Assembly: GCA_002269645.1 (NCBI GenBank) | Contig: NIVC01002526.1 | Coordinates: forward strand, 19,880 to 83,879 | From: Macrostomum lignano | Lineage: Eukaryota | Reading direction: 5' to 3' | DNA length: 64,000 nucleotides | Part shown: positions 1 to 12,012 of the stretch, one piece after another | How the letters are laid out: every line of letters begins with the position of its first letter | Numbering within the stretch: the stretch's first letter is position 1 | The notes under the pieces: model-generated | What the model was told of the DNA's origin: nothing | The model's input: only the letters and a program-made list of their open reading frames with translations | The model's database searches: none | Program-made: the position numbers and the translations under genes

Positions 1-1155
1 TAGGCTATATCGCCTATATGACTTAATAGGATTTAAAGAGTTATTTTGTTTCATATTTTAAAGCAGTGCATGAAAAATAGCTTAAGCATGGTTAAGCCTT
101 TAAAAAATGGTTATAAGACCGCACCTAAACCGCACCTACTTTTTTAATTTTAGTGTGCAATTTTAAAATTTAAGGTATATACGCATACTATGTGCACAAA
201 AAAACCCTGCATTTAACTTTTGTGGTAAATTTTGCTTTGTGATTCATTGTACCTCTATTACTCTATGATGCATTTAACATTTCATTTCAACAATTACTTA
301 ACTAATTGTTGGTCACTCTATAAAATACAATTTTGTCTTCGCTTCTTTGATGCATTCTTTTTGGATGCATGTTGCCTGCATAAATTTCATAATATCTCAA
401 TGCATTCACTTCTTTTGCATTTTGATGCAAAATGATGCAAGTACCAAAGTTAAAATTAATTAAGAACATGAAGTATACTCAATTACATCAATGTATTACT
501 TTAAGAATAACAAGAGTTTAGAATATTCATAGTAGAGGCTGTGTTTATCATACAATATTAAGAATGAAACAAGTGGGATACCTGCAATACTTTTTGTTTT
601 ATGTAGGCATTTGGTTTTGTAGCCATTTTGATAGTGTGGCTGTTTTTTTATGTGCCTGTTCTGCATGTGGCCATTTTGATAGCACCCTATAAATCCCTAG
701 GTTGCACCCAAGCATGAAAGGCAAAAAGCTTTAAAAAATATAATTTAGTTTAAAAAATAGAAATATATCTATAAAAGCACAAATTATCTATGTGTAATCT
801 TATTAATTATAAAATGATTTGGTAAAATATTAAATTTACTTATGTCATATGACTAAAATAACTCTTATAGAAATGATAGAAAAGGTCTTACAGCATATTT
901 ATTAATGGTAGAATGGTAGAATGGTAAATGGCAGTGCACGGGGATGGCTCACAACACAGACAAACCATTTTTATTATATGGGATTATAGACATATATCCA
1001 GGGGTCCCTAATATAGTTGGCATACAATTTCTGTCATTTTAAAGATATAATTATTTATTTGTCCAACTTATATTTTTTAAATTTTTATTCCTGTATATCT
1101 ATGTAGTTTCTATTTATTAAGACATAAATAATTAATACTACATAGAAATACATAG

Positions 1156-1941
1156 GGCTCATTCCATATAAGCATGGTCGTAACATGACAGGCTATTTTT
1201 ACTTATAAAATGAAATATAATAATAGAATATACTAAACCAATATTTTAAATGAAAGATAATTTTGTCAAAAATATTTTTATAGAGTTTCATGTAGATATC
1301 ATCATTAGTATAGATGCTATTAAACCTTGAATGGCACTTATGGTCGTAACAACAGGATTTTTGACATATAGAAACTAAAAGGTAAAAGTCTTATAACATT
1401 TTTATTTTTGATATTTTGCAATACATTTTTTAAAATTTGACTAAGAACATCTTTAGTAATCATACTCTTTTATTAGAATATATAAACTCAAAAAGGCAAC
1501 AAAGATACAAAAGAAAAGGCAGCCTTATGGTCGTAACATTATGGTCGTAACATATTTTTTTCTGTCAATTCAGTAACTTTGAGGTACCAATATATTAAAA
1601 ATATAATAGATTATTTGGTCACCAATACTTTTATCTGATGATGCAAGTACTATACTTTTATCTATAGTTTGTTTCAACCTTCCAAAGCTTTCTATTTGTT
1701 TTTAAAAGGTACACAAACTTAATGATGTCTTTTGCTTAGAAAAATGTTTAAATTTTTACAAAAATGACTTTTTGCCACTTGATAGCATACTAATCTAACA
1801 TTTTATCATTCATTTATTCTTAGATTGTAGATATTACACATAAAAAACATTTGGTAAAAAAATGGCTGATAAGACAATGGCAAGCAAAAATATTGACTTT
1901 TTTCTATTTTCCAAAAATGTCCATCTTATATGGAATGAGCC
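1156..1941. mobile_element. AT-rich non-autonomous DNA transposon (MITE) with ~20-bp TIRs and 4-bp TSD
   Basis: Left end GGCTCATTCCATATAAG(C)ATGG and right end CCATCTTATATGGAATGAGCC are inverted repeats. ATAG flanks both sides (1152-1155, 1942-1945). Internal motif ATGGTCGTAACA occurs 4 times. No ORF. Confidence 0.7.
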
Positions 1942-2306
1942 ATAGATAGTGTATAGATTGTCTTTTTAAAATTTATTCTACTATATATTCTGCCACTTTT
2001 TTAATTATAGATAGCATCTAGTGCATGCTAAAAGTGCTATATGCTAAATGACTAGCAAGCCGTGCACTGTCTCCTTATTATAAAATACAAACAAGCCAAC
2101 CATTTTTAGGCTTACAAGCAACATACAATGTCTGCAGTTATATTAATATCTAAGAATTTGAGAATAAAAATGCAATATATTTTAGCTTTTAATATAGAAA
2201 GGACTTGCTAGAGCATAGTACCCCTTGTCCTAATTTGTAGCTTCAAAAAGATAAAAACAACAAACTTTGATGCAAAAGCTTTAATCACACTAAATTGAAA
2301 AAAAAA

Positions 2307-5300
2307 ATGGCTGAAAAAGGCGACAATGATGATCTGGTCCCGGAGGACACTGGCTTCAAGCCGCCGGCGCCAAAGTCTCTGGACGAGATTCTCAACGCCG
2401 ACAAGGACGATCCGTCCCTTGAGAATTATAAAAAGCAACTGCTCGGCAACACTGTGCCGCCTGTGTTTCCTGACAATCCTAGAAATGTGATTGTGCAGAA
2501 AATACAGATTGAATTCCTAGGCGAAAGCCGCGAGCCAGCCAACATCCAACTGATGGATGCGGATCTGTCAGTGCTTAAAAAGTCACCAATCGTGATCAAA
2601 GAAGGGGTAAATTATCGGGTGAAAGTGTTTTTCTATGTGCAACGTGAGATCGTGGCCGGTTTGCGGTACATCAACTGTTCGTACAAGATGGGCATACGAG
2701 GTGAGTTGCCCAGAATGTTAGTGTGAATGCGAGTATCTAATCTAAGAAGATTCCTATCAATAAGCTGCCCCTAATCCCCCAGAAAAGTTGCCATTTGACT
2801 GCCACTAATCCTTCAGAAGTGTTGCTACTAGACTGCCACTTATCCTCCAGAAGAGTTCCCATTGGACTGGCACAAATCCTCAAGAATATTAGCCATTAGA
2901 CTGGCACTAATACCCCATAAGAGTCGTCTATAGACTGGCACTAATACCCCATAAGAGTCGTCATTAGACTGGCACTAATACCCCATAAGAGTCATCATTA
3001 GACTGGCACTAATACCCCATAAGAGTCGTCATTAGACTGGCACTAATACCCCATAAGAGTCGTCATTAGACTGGCACTAATACCCCATAAGAGTCGTCAT
3101 TAGACTGGCACTAATACCCCATAAGAGTCGTCATTAGACTGGCACTAATACCCCATAAGAGTCGTCATTAGACTGGCACTAATACCCCATAAGAGTCGTC
3201 ATTAGACTGGCACTAATACCCCATAAGAGTCGTCATTAGACTGGCACTAATACCCCATAGAGTCGTCATTAGACTGGCACTAATACCCCATAGAGTCGTC
3301 ATTTGACTGGCACTAATACCCCATAAGAGTCGTCATTAGACTGGCACTAATACCCCATAAGAGTCGTCATTAGACTGGCACTAATACCCCATAGAGTCGT
3401 CATTAGACTGGCACTAATACCCCATAGAGTCGTCATTAGACTGGCACTAATACCCCATAGAGTCGTCATTAGACTGGCACTAATACCCCATAAGAGTCGT
3501 CATTAGACTGGCACTAATACCCCATAAGAGTCGTCATTAGACTGGCACTAATACCCCATAAGAGTCGTCATTAGACTGGCACTAATACCCCATAAGAGTC
3601 GTCATTAGACTGGCACTAATACCCCATAGAGTCGTCATTAGACTGGCACTAATACCCCATAGAGTCGTCATTAGACTGGCACTAATACCCCATAAGAGTC
3701 GTCATTAGACTGGCACTAATACCCCATAAGAGTCGTCATTAGACTGGCACTAATACCCCATAAGAGTCGTCATTAGACTGGCACTAATCCTCTAAAAGAG
3801 AGCCATTAGACTGGCACTAATCCTCTCAACGAGAGCCATTATACTGGCACTAATCCTCTAAAAGAGAGCCATTATACTGGCACTAATCCTCTAAAAGAGA
3901 GCCATTAGGCTGGCACTAATCCTCTAAAAGAGAGCCATTATACTGGCACTAATCCTCTAAAAGAGAGCCATTAGGCTGGCACTAATACCCCATAAGAGTC
4001 GACATTAGACTGGCACTAATCCTCTCAAAGAGAGCCATTAGACTGGCACTAATCCTCTAAAAGAGAGCCATTATACTGGCACTAATCATCTAAAAGAGAG
4101 CCATTAGGCTGGCACTAATCCTCTAAAAGAGAGCCATTAGACTGGCACTAATACCCCATAAGAGTCGTCATTAGACTGGCACTAATACCCCATAAGAGTC
4201 GTCATTAGACTGGCACTAATACCCCATAAGAGTCGTCATTAGACTGGCATCCTCTCAAAGAGAGCCATTAGACTGGCATAGAAATTCTAAGCCATAGAAA
4301 AGTGCTTATTAAACGCAGCTGAAAGAGAACGCAAAAAAGAAGTGTGTGCACAGAGTAGAAAATTTTGTATAATACTCGTAAAAAACCAACGTAACACTAC
4401 AGCAATGCACATTTGGCATGACTCAAGTTCGTGTTCAGGTTGGCAATATAGCAGAGTTTGCCGCCTTAGTGTGAAGTGCTTGGGCTGTACAATGTGTAGA
4501 GTTATATGTAGTGTCCTGTGACCAGTTTAGATATTCTCTGAGCGTTTACGTGTATGGCAAATTTAGTAATCTGGCATATAATATAGCTTCAATGCGCAGT
4601 GTTTGCTTAGCAGCTGGCACAGTGGCATTATCTGTCCCAACTTTAATAGGCACAAATGAACAACTGCCGCGTCAAGTTGTGTGCAATGCATTGACTTATT
4701 AAGTATGTTAACGTTTTAGTAAAGTACGTAGATTCTAATAAATAGAGTCCCAGCCTTGACCAGCTAGCTAGCTCACTCACTGCTCAGCACCACAGCTACA
4801 TAAACCCTAGATTAGTTCACCCTGGTTCCGATAGTTATGCTTATTCCAAGGGCAGAAATAGAGGAGCTGTTTTTAGAACAATATTGCCAGAAACAAACTA
4901 AAAAAACATTTAGTAGATGATCAAATAAAGACAATAGACAAAAAATTTAGAACAAACACAAAATTACCTATGAGTTAATGCAGAGTGACCTATCATTTAA
5001 TATTGCTTTTGTCATGCTAAGTCAGCAAACAGACATTCAAAGTTGAAAGCCTACATAACAAACTCAGGTGGGGCCATAGACAACACGCAAACTTGCAATT
5101 TAGCACTGACGTTAATCAACTCATTTACTGTGAAATATAAACTGCAAGTTTGTGCTGTCCACGGCCCAACCTGTGTTTGATCTGTAGGCTTTCAACTTTC
5201 GATGACCGTAGATGACCTTGACATGACAAATTTTGGATGACCTGTGCTCGGCGCACCCCTAGCAATGACTCACTTAACTGTCCCTCAGTTGCCAAGGACG

Positions 5301-5488
5301 ACCTGATGGTTGGCAGCTACCCCCCGAAGGCCGAGCCGCACGTGTACAGCAGCCCGGCACAAGAGGCTCCCAGCGGCATGATGGCCCGCGGCACTTACAC
5401 TATAAAGTCGCGCTTTACCGACGATGACAGGAACGACTTCTTGTCCTGGGAGTGGGCCATCAAGATCAAGGACTCGTGGAAGGACTGA
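2307..5488 (+). CDS. ARHGDI: Rho GDP-dissociation inhibitor, 2 exons, 197 aa
   Basis: Exons 2307-2700 (donor G|GTGAGT) and 5289-5488 (acceptor CCCTCAG); the phase-1 join gives ...KMGIR-V-AKDDLMVGSY... Family motifs FKPPAPKSLDEI, DKDDPSLENYKKQLLG, IKEGVNYRVK, MVGSYPPK, EAPSGMMARG, SRFTDDD, WEW. AATAAA at 5540. Confidence 0.96.
2894..4278. repeat. 34/33-bp minisatellite in RhoGDI intron
   Basis: Unit CATTAGACTGGCACTAATACCCCATAAGAGTCGT, about 40 copies. A second variant (...AATCCTCTAAAAGAGAGC) appears from ~3785. Degenerate units at ~2760-2890. Confidence 0.97.
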
Positions 5489-5581
5489 TCAATTAAGCAA
5501 CTCTCTTTAATTCTAATTAGACCGATTTGAGACATGGAAAATAAAAATTACCTTTTTTATCGTTCGCTTATCCCGTGAATC

Positions 5582-6066
5582 CACAGGCCCCTGGTTACCT
5601 GGAATGGAAACGGACCCGCGCATCACCCCAAGATCTTACCTCCCATCCCAGCTCCCCAATCCCGGCTCCCCAAATCCCAGCTCCCCAATCCCATTTCCCC
5701 AACCCCAGCTCCACAATCCCGGCTCTCCAAATCCCAGCTGCCCAACCCCAGCTCCCTAATCCCGGCTCCCCAAATCCCAGCTGCCCAACCCCAGCTGCCC
5801 AACCCCAGCTCTCCAATCCCGGCTCCACAATCCCGGCTCCCCAAATCCCAGCTGCCCAACCCCAGCTGCCCAACCCCAGCTCCCTAATCCCGGCTCCCCA
5901 AATCCCAGCTGCCCAACCCCAGCTCCCCAACCCCAGCTCCCCAAATCCCAGCTCCCTATCTAAGGTGTTCTACTTGTTCTTCCCATCGCTTGCGTGTTGC
6001 CACTCATGGATAGGATTCTGTGGCAGGTGCGGGTCCTCTTCCAGTCCATGTAACCAGTAGTCCTTG
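5582..6066. mobile_element. Degenerate P-like MITE carrying a C-rich minisatellite
   Basis: Right end AGTAGTCCTTG (6056-6066) is the same terminus as the MITE at 23196-23790. CTGGTTACCTGGAATGGAAACGGACCCGC (~5592) is the inverted counterpart of GCGGGTCCTCTTCCAGTCCATGTAACCAG (~6029). Left terminus diverged; no TSD seen. Confidence 0.5.
5646..5956. repeat. Composite C-rich minisatellite (CCCAGCTCCCCAAT/CCCGGCTCC variants)
   Basis: Tandem ~14-15-bp sub-units. Source of the PQIPAAQ and GSWGW ORFs. Confidence 0.9.
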
Positions 6067-6780
6067 GCCTCTATATATTTCATTGCCTGGATAGGCCACA
6101 ATCGGTGCTTAGCCTTCATTGATTTATAACAATATATTCAAGCGATTTTTTATCTTGCTCTTCCAAAGCTGATGAGTCTATCCGGATATTATCGAAATGA
6201 CATTAATTTCCATTAAATAATTAGTTAACCCGAGTTTTCTACACGTATTTTTATTTTTTATTTTATATCTATCGGTGTGCTATGTTTTAATTATCGAACA
6301 TTCGATTTTTAATTGTTTGTTTTTAGTATATGTATTGAACCAATACTCGCCTGATCAACCTGTTCGGACCCCCGCCTCCGCAGGCCCCTGTCTGACTAGA
6401 GAGACCTCCCATCCTTATACTCCAGCCAACCTACTGACAGTAGTGTACCGGCATCAAACTATAACTGCGTAAAAATGTTATTCAAGTTTATGGGGGACCG
6501 CTTTCTCCTCCTGGCCTCCAGCGCGGGGCCTTAACTCCGTTTATAATTGAGTGTTTTTTAATATGATAATTGGCCAAAAATCATTATCAATTGTTGCGTG
6601 CGCGAAATTTTACTGATCTGTGTGTGTGTTTTATTAATAACAAAAATATATACTTAAATACAAGATAACGGTCTTGTAAGCGTTAGAACTTTTCTTAACA
6701 ATAAAAAACACTTTAAGTTTGTCTGCTGGCTTATTAATTTATCATCCTTGATCACTTATAATTTAGTGATATCTCATTGT

Positions 6781-6801
6781 TTCTCTTACTTTGCCTTTCA
6801 G
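6781..6801 (+). promoter_or_regulatory. Pyrimidine-rich splice acceptor 9 nt upstream of TMEM41A ATG (candidate trans-splice site)
   Basis: TTCTCTTACTTTGCCTTTCAG|CGCATCTGAATG; no obvious upstream exon between here and the RhoGDI 3' end. Confidence 0.45.
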
Positions 6802-6810
6802 CGCATCTGA

Positions 6811-9800
6811 ATGGGGAAATGGAAAGGTAAGCCGTTTCATTCGTTTATTTTGGGTAAATGTCACTCAGGGATCTTCTTCGCTACTAGGAGTCACATTAAA
6901 AGTACTTTTGCGTGTACTTTACTTTTCCAGACTGTTCCAGACTTGCCTGCGTGCCGGTCCTGTTCTGCATCTACACTGCCTACCTGTACACCCTCGCCAC
7001 TGTCTACAGGCCAGCCATTGCTGAGAATCAGTTAAAAGGCAGCAAAAAGTGAGTTAGGCTGTTTTGTTCAGTGTTTTGCACTTCTTCAGATTTACTAAAT
7101 AGTTTGTTTATTGGGGTTAACCAGTGTGCTTCCAGTGTGCTGCAGCCACTTCCCATCAGCTTCCAGTGTGCTTCAGCCACTTCCCATCAGCTTCCAGTGT
7201 GCTGCAGCCACTTTCCATCAGCTTCCAGTGTGCTGCAGTCACTTCCCATCAGCTTCCAGTGTGCTGCAGCCACTTCCCATCAGCTTCCAGTGTGCTTCAG
7301 CCACTTCCCATCAGCTTCCAGTGTGCTGCAGTCACTTCCCATCAGCTTCCAGTGTGCTGCAGCCACTTCCCATCAGCTTCCAGTGTGCTGCAGTCACTTC
7401 CCATCAGCTTCCAGTGTGCTGCAGCCACTTTCCATCAGCTTCCAGTGTGCTGCAGTCACTTCCCATCAGCTTCCAGTGTGCTTCAGCCACTTCCCATCAG
7501 CTTCCAGTGTGCTGCAGCCACTTCCCATCAGCTTCCAGTGTGCTGCAGTCACTTCCCATCAGCTTCCAGTGTGCAGCAGCCACTTCCCATCAGCTTCCAG
7601 TGTGCAGCAGCCACTTTCCATCAGCTTCCAGTGTGCTGCAGTCACTTCCCATCAGCTTCCAGTGTGCTTCAGCCACTTCCCATCAGCTTCCAGTGTGCTG
7701 CAGCCACTTCCCATCAGCTTCCAGTGTGCTGCAGTCACTTCCCATCAGCTTCCAGTGTGCAGCAGCCACTTTCCATCAGCTTCCAGTGTGCTGCAGTCAC
7801 TTCCCATCAGCTTCCAGTGTGCAGCAGCCACTTCCCATCAGCTTCCAGTGTGCTTCAGCCACTTCCCATCAGCTTCCAGTGTGCAGCAGCCAGTGGACTG
7901 AGTGTACGCTATCACTGCCTGAGAAAGAGAGATAGAGTGATGCTCCACTGTACACACAGTACACTAGCTAGACTGAAAAGACGCAAGCATACACCTTCCT
8001 ATCTCCTGGAGCCGCCTCAATTGCAGCCAGAGCTATCAGACTCAAAATTGGCTTCTCTATGCTCAAATTTGCAGTGCCGAAATGAAATTTCCAACCAGCC
8101 TGGCCGATCTCAACCAGCTAGCCAGCTTATTGAAGTCATTCAAAGACGACCATCCCGGCTATGTGTTTGCGCTATTCTGCAGTGCCTACGTCTATAAACA
8201 GTGCTTCGCCATTCCTGGCTCCGTTTTTATGGTTAGAGCTGCTGCTGCAGTGCTCGCGTTACTGTGACTTCCCTGCTTCTTAGTCCCGAATTTTCTAAGC
8301 TTGAATCCCTCAGTCTGTCAATCTCGCTCATCAATTGTCGGTTTTCAACTTGTCTTCAATTTTTAAAAATCTTACTTAGATTCTCATCAATATTTTATTA
8401 AACCACTAAATGTCGTCTAGATTCCCAACAATCTCACCCAGATTCCCAACAATCTCACCCAGATTCCCAATAATCTCACCCAGATTCTCAACAATCTCAC
8501 CCAGATTCCCAACAATCTCACCCAGATTCTCAACAATCTCACCCAGATTCCCAAAAATCTCAGCTAGATTCCCAACAATCTCACCCAGATTCCCACAAAT
8601 CTCACCCAGATTCCCAACAAGCTCACCCAGATTCCCAAAAATCTCACCCAGATTCCCAACAATCTCACCCAGATTCCCAAAAATCTCACCCAGATTCCCA
8701 ACAATCTCACCCAGATTCCCACAAATCTCACCCAGATTCTCAACAACCTCACCCAGATTCCTAACAATCCGATTTCCCATCAATCTCACCAAGAGTATAT
8801 TAATCTTATCAATCCGCAGAACCTCCTTGGCGGCGCGCTGTTCGGCCTTGCGCGCGGTTTTCCTCTGTGCTGCTTGCTGACAGCCTGCGGCGCCACCGGC
8901 TGCTACCTGATGTCGCGCCACTTCGGCAAGCGCCTGGTTGAGCGGGCTTTTCACAGGCGCCTGGAGCCGCTGCGCCGGCGAGTGCAGCAAAATCGGCGCT
9001 CCCTGTTCGCTATGCTGCTGTCCCTGCGCCTGTTCCCCATGTCGCCCAACTGGTTTCTCAACATGGCCTCGCCGCTACTGGGCGTACCGCTGCTCCACTT
9101 CTTCCCCTCCGTGTTTCTCGGTGAGAATTTTATTGCTGCATTCATTGAAGGTAATCGAGTCATGCAGTGTCTAGAGCACTCCAGTCATGCAGTGTCTAGA
9201 GCACTCCAGTCATTCAGTGTCTAGAGCACTCCAGTCCTTCAGTGTCTAGAGCACTCCAGTCCTTCAGTGTCTAGAGCACTCCAGTCATTCAGTGTCTAGA
9301 GCACTCCAGTCATGCAGTGTCTAGAGCACTCCAGTCATTCAGTGTCTAGAGCACTCCAGTCCTTCAGTGTCTAGAGCACTCCAGTCATTCAGTGTCTAGA
9401 GCACTCCAGTCATTCAGTGTCTAGAGCACTCCAGTCATTCAGTGTCTAGAGCACTCCAGTCATGCAGTGTCTAGAGCACTCCAATATTTACAGTAAAATC
9501 AGTAAATGGGTCGTGGAAAGATTTCCACTACTATGGAATGCGCTTATTAAGTCACTTATTAAACATGCATTTCGCAGTATTGATAGCAATATATACGAGT
9601 ACAAATTACAAATCTCCCTTTGGCAGGCCTAATGCCTTACAATTTCATCACGGTCGAAGCCGGCTGCATGCTCAGCAGTTTAACCTCAGTCAGCGACCTG
9701 TTCTCAACGGGCACCATGTTGAAACTCACCGTCTTGTCCGGCCTTGTGGCCGCGTTTGTCTTGCTAAAAAGGCGTTACGCCTCCCCTGAAACCTTGAGGC

Positions 9801-9844
9801 AGTCGGAGTACAGCGACGGCCTCCTAAATGGAAAGGGGCTATGA
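6811..9844 (+). CDS. TMEM41A: TMEM41A-like VTT-domain membrane protein, 5 exons, 269 aa
   Basis: Exons 6811-6826, 6931-7048, 8075-8231, 8820-9120, 9627-9844; all GT-AG and phase-consistent (810 nt). Motifs FPTSLADL, YVYKQCFAIPGS, NLLGGALFG, GATGCYLMS, LRLFPMSPNWFLN, LMPYNFITVEAG match TMEM41A better than TMEM41B. The two 5' exons are less certain. Confidence 0.92.
7131..7892. repeat. 31-bp minisatellite in TMEM41A intron 2
   Basis: Unit CAGTGTGCTGCAGCCACTTCCCATCAGCTTC, about 24 copies. Confidence 0.97.
8420..8780. repeat. 21-bp minisatellite in TMEM41A intron 3
   Basis: Unit CCCAGATTCCCAACAATCTCA, about 17 copies. Confidence 0.96.
9161..9483. repeat. 25-bp minisatellite in TMEM41A intron 4
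   Basis: Unit CAGTGTCTAGAGCACTCCAGTCATT, about 13 copies. Confidence 0.96.
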
Positions 9845-10938
9845 AATAGTCAATTTTATATAGATGTTTACAGTTCCATTCGACCTGGGGATTCGCTGAC
9901 GGACGCAAATGAAAATACTCGCATTGTTGTGTCTGAATCAGATCTCCGTACTCGTGGCACTGTGCTTATAGTTATAGTTTGTTTTCTTCTGATAACCAGC
10001 TCCTGTTTTTGCACGTTATAAGCGCACGTTTTCACACAGCTGTTCCCTATAGGCAGCCTTTTGTTGTGGTTGCATTTTGCTTTAATGCAGTTCTGCTTCA
10101 GAAAACAAGCAAAAATAAATCGAACAAAGATTAGGTTGCTACCTTTTGCCGAGAATTCGTATGCATAATTAAACTGAATACCTTCTGGTTTAGACTTTTC
10201 ACCTGTGGTAGTGGTCTATAAAAGCCATTAAAAGGTAGGGTCTCTACTGGCGGGGTCTGGCATTAGCACCCACTATCGGTAGGGTCCGGTGGAAATGAGC
10301 AAAATTGATTTCGAGTAGGACATCTACAGGGTTGAAAATTGGATGACAAAAACTGAGGACTTGTTCACACCGCCGTCAAGTAGGCTATTAAATCGCATGA
10401 CTGATGTACAAAGCGATGAGAAATGAAGTACAAATCGGTAATCGCATAAATTGGCCTCGTTTGATGGCGAGGTGTTCTGTCGGTCATCGAATTGTCAAAG
10501 AAGTCGCCTGCTACATCAACCGTGTTTCAGAGAATCGAATACTTTGTGATGATGAGCACTGTTGACTTTGACTGCTGTCATTTCCCTGCTCCTTGTGTTA
10601 GGCATTGGCAGCTCCGGTGAGCGCTTATGCCAGTCCTACGAGTACATTGGATGACAGTCCCAGTGGCTTATTTCAAATGAGAACTACTGAGCAAAATCAG
10701 CTTTGAATGTTCAAAAAACAATTGTGTGAGATAAAATTCTTTGCACAAGTTTTATTTCTTTGTGACTATTATATTTCACAGTTTACAATGTAACTTTAAA
10801 AGATTTTTTACCTGGATGAATTGATTTTTCGGGGAGTAATAAAATACAACAATTGCTTTTGTAAGTAACTCTTCATGGGAGTTCGACACAATACAGAAGT
10901 TTTTGCCTCAACAAAAAATGAGTGACGCTGACGAAAAA

Positions 10939-12012
10939 TTACTGCTGATCGAGCGACATTCGAGTCCGACTGCCGCTCAAACTGCTGTGGTATTTGGTAG
11001 CGCATTTATCGCACTCGTAGATCTTGGTCGTCAGTGACAGGGCCATGAACGGGCAGCTGAACAGGGTCTCGCGGTGGCTTCTGGTCTCTCGCATGCAGCC
11101 TCTGGCGCCATCGCAGCTAGGCTCTAGTTCTCGGGCTCGCTCATCTCTGCCGCACCTGTCCCGCACCCATTGCTGAGCCTTTTGAGCTGGGAGCGGTCTC
11201 TCTTCCTGCTCACTTTGGCTGGAGTCGCTGTCGTCTTCGCCGTAGAACGACGTCCACCTGTCCTCATTGTTGCACCGCACCAAGTTGCGGCTGCTTCGTC
11301 TCTGCAACTGCAGCCGTCGAAGTGAGTCGTTGAGCTTCCGATTGAGCAGCACATTGCTCTCCGCGTGATTGCCAGCGTAAATCTTGTTTGGTTGCTGCTC
11401 CTGCATCATTCGTCCGTGCTTGTGCTGCTGCAGCAACTGCGGCTTGCAGGCCGTTCTTCTCTGCCGCTGCTGTCTCAACGTAAAGTCGTATATCTTGCTT
11501 TGGTTGGAAATGTTGTCGTTCCAACGCTGCGCAGGGCTGATCGAATCCTCATGCTGCCGCCCTGCGCTGCGACCGCGCCGGTACCTGTACGGGTTCGCAG
11601 TGGGCGACGAATACGCCGGCTGGATTGGCTGCGGCGACATCGAGTCATGTCGGCGACTCCGACGCCTGGTCGACTGCTGGCGGTTCGAAGAGTTGGCATC
11701 GCGCACTGCCAGTTTGATGAGGCGGTCGTAGTCACGTCCATGGTTCCCATTGTCTAGAATCCTTGAGTTGAAGCTGCACTCTGAACTCGGGCTGCTTGTC
11801 TGGCTGTGTGTCCGAGTGGCTCCGATGTGACCAAGGGACAAGTACTTGCTGCTTCCGTTGCTGTCACTGCAGCTGGCATCGCTGCTGGCAGATGACTGAA
11901 AGCGATAGTGGCCTTTGGGGGCTTGGCCGAATGAAGTTCGGCGCCCAGCGGCAGCTTGGTAGTGGCTGCGATGGCTCGCCGTGGTCGAGGTTGCGCGAGT
12001 TCTTAACGGCAT
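10939..12012 (-). CDS. Uncharacterised, probably disordered Ser/Arg/Gln-rich protein (~357 aa, single coding exon)
   Basis: Long GC-rich ORF (track 10939-12171). Acceptor TTTATGCAG ends at 12029, 16 nt before the ATG at 12012, where the GC-rich composition begins. C-terminal Cys/His patch SCPF...YECDKCATKYH. No family recognised; upstream exons cannot be excluded. Confidence 0.6.
   Translation of the reverse strand: MPLRTRATSTTASHRSHYQAAAGRRTSFGQAPKGHYRFQSSASSDASCSDSNGSSKYLSLGHIGATRTHSQTSSPSSECSFNSRILDNGNHGRDYDRLIKLAVRDANSSNRQQSTRRRSRRHDSMSPQPIQPAYSSPTANPYRYRRGRSAGRQHEDSISPAQRWNDNISNQSKIYDFTLRQQRQRRTACKPQLLQQHKHGRMMQEQQPNKIYAGNHAESNVLLNRKLNDSLRRLQLQRRSSRNLVRCNNEDRWTSFYGEDDSDSSQSEQEERPLPAQKAQQWVRDRCGRDERARELEPSCDGARGCMRETRSHRETLFSCPFMALSLTTKIYECDKCATKYHSSLSGSRTRMSLDQQ

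Noticed and set aside
933-2069. CAGTGCACGG inverted pair as a hAT-like element
   Set aside because: Only a 10-bp match and no target-site duplication.
5575-6060. Pro-rich 161-aa ORF and antisense GSWGW ORFs
   Set aside because: Product of a C-rich minisatellite within a degenerate MITE.
6145-6210. Hammerhead-ribozyme-like core CTGATGAG...CGAAA with palindromic TATCCGGATA
   Set aside because: Stem I pairs over only about 2 bp and stem III is marginal in either topology, and no Penelope-like context was found. An Infernal search with hammerhead covariance models would settle it.
7071-8197. Three long ORFs (276, 274, 357 aa) with periodic Cys/His
   Set aside because: Read-through of a stop-free 31-bp intronic minisatellite in all frames; lies in TMEM41A intron 2.
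8406-8990. 194-aa NLGEIVG heptad ORF resembling a leucine-rich or coiled-coil protein
   Set aside because: Antisense reading of a 21-bp minisatellite in TMEM41A intron 3 plus the antisense of exon 4.
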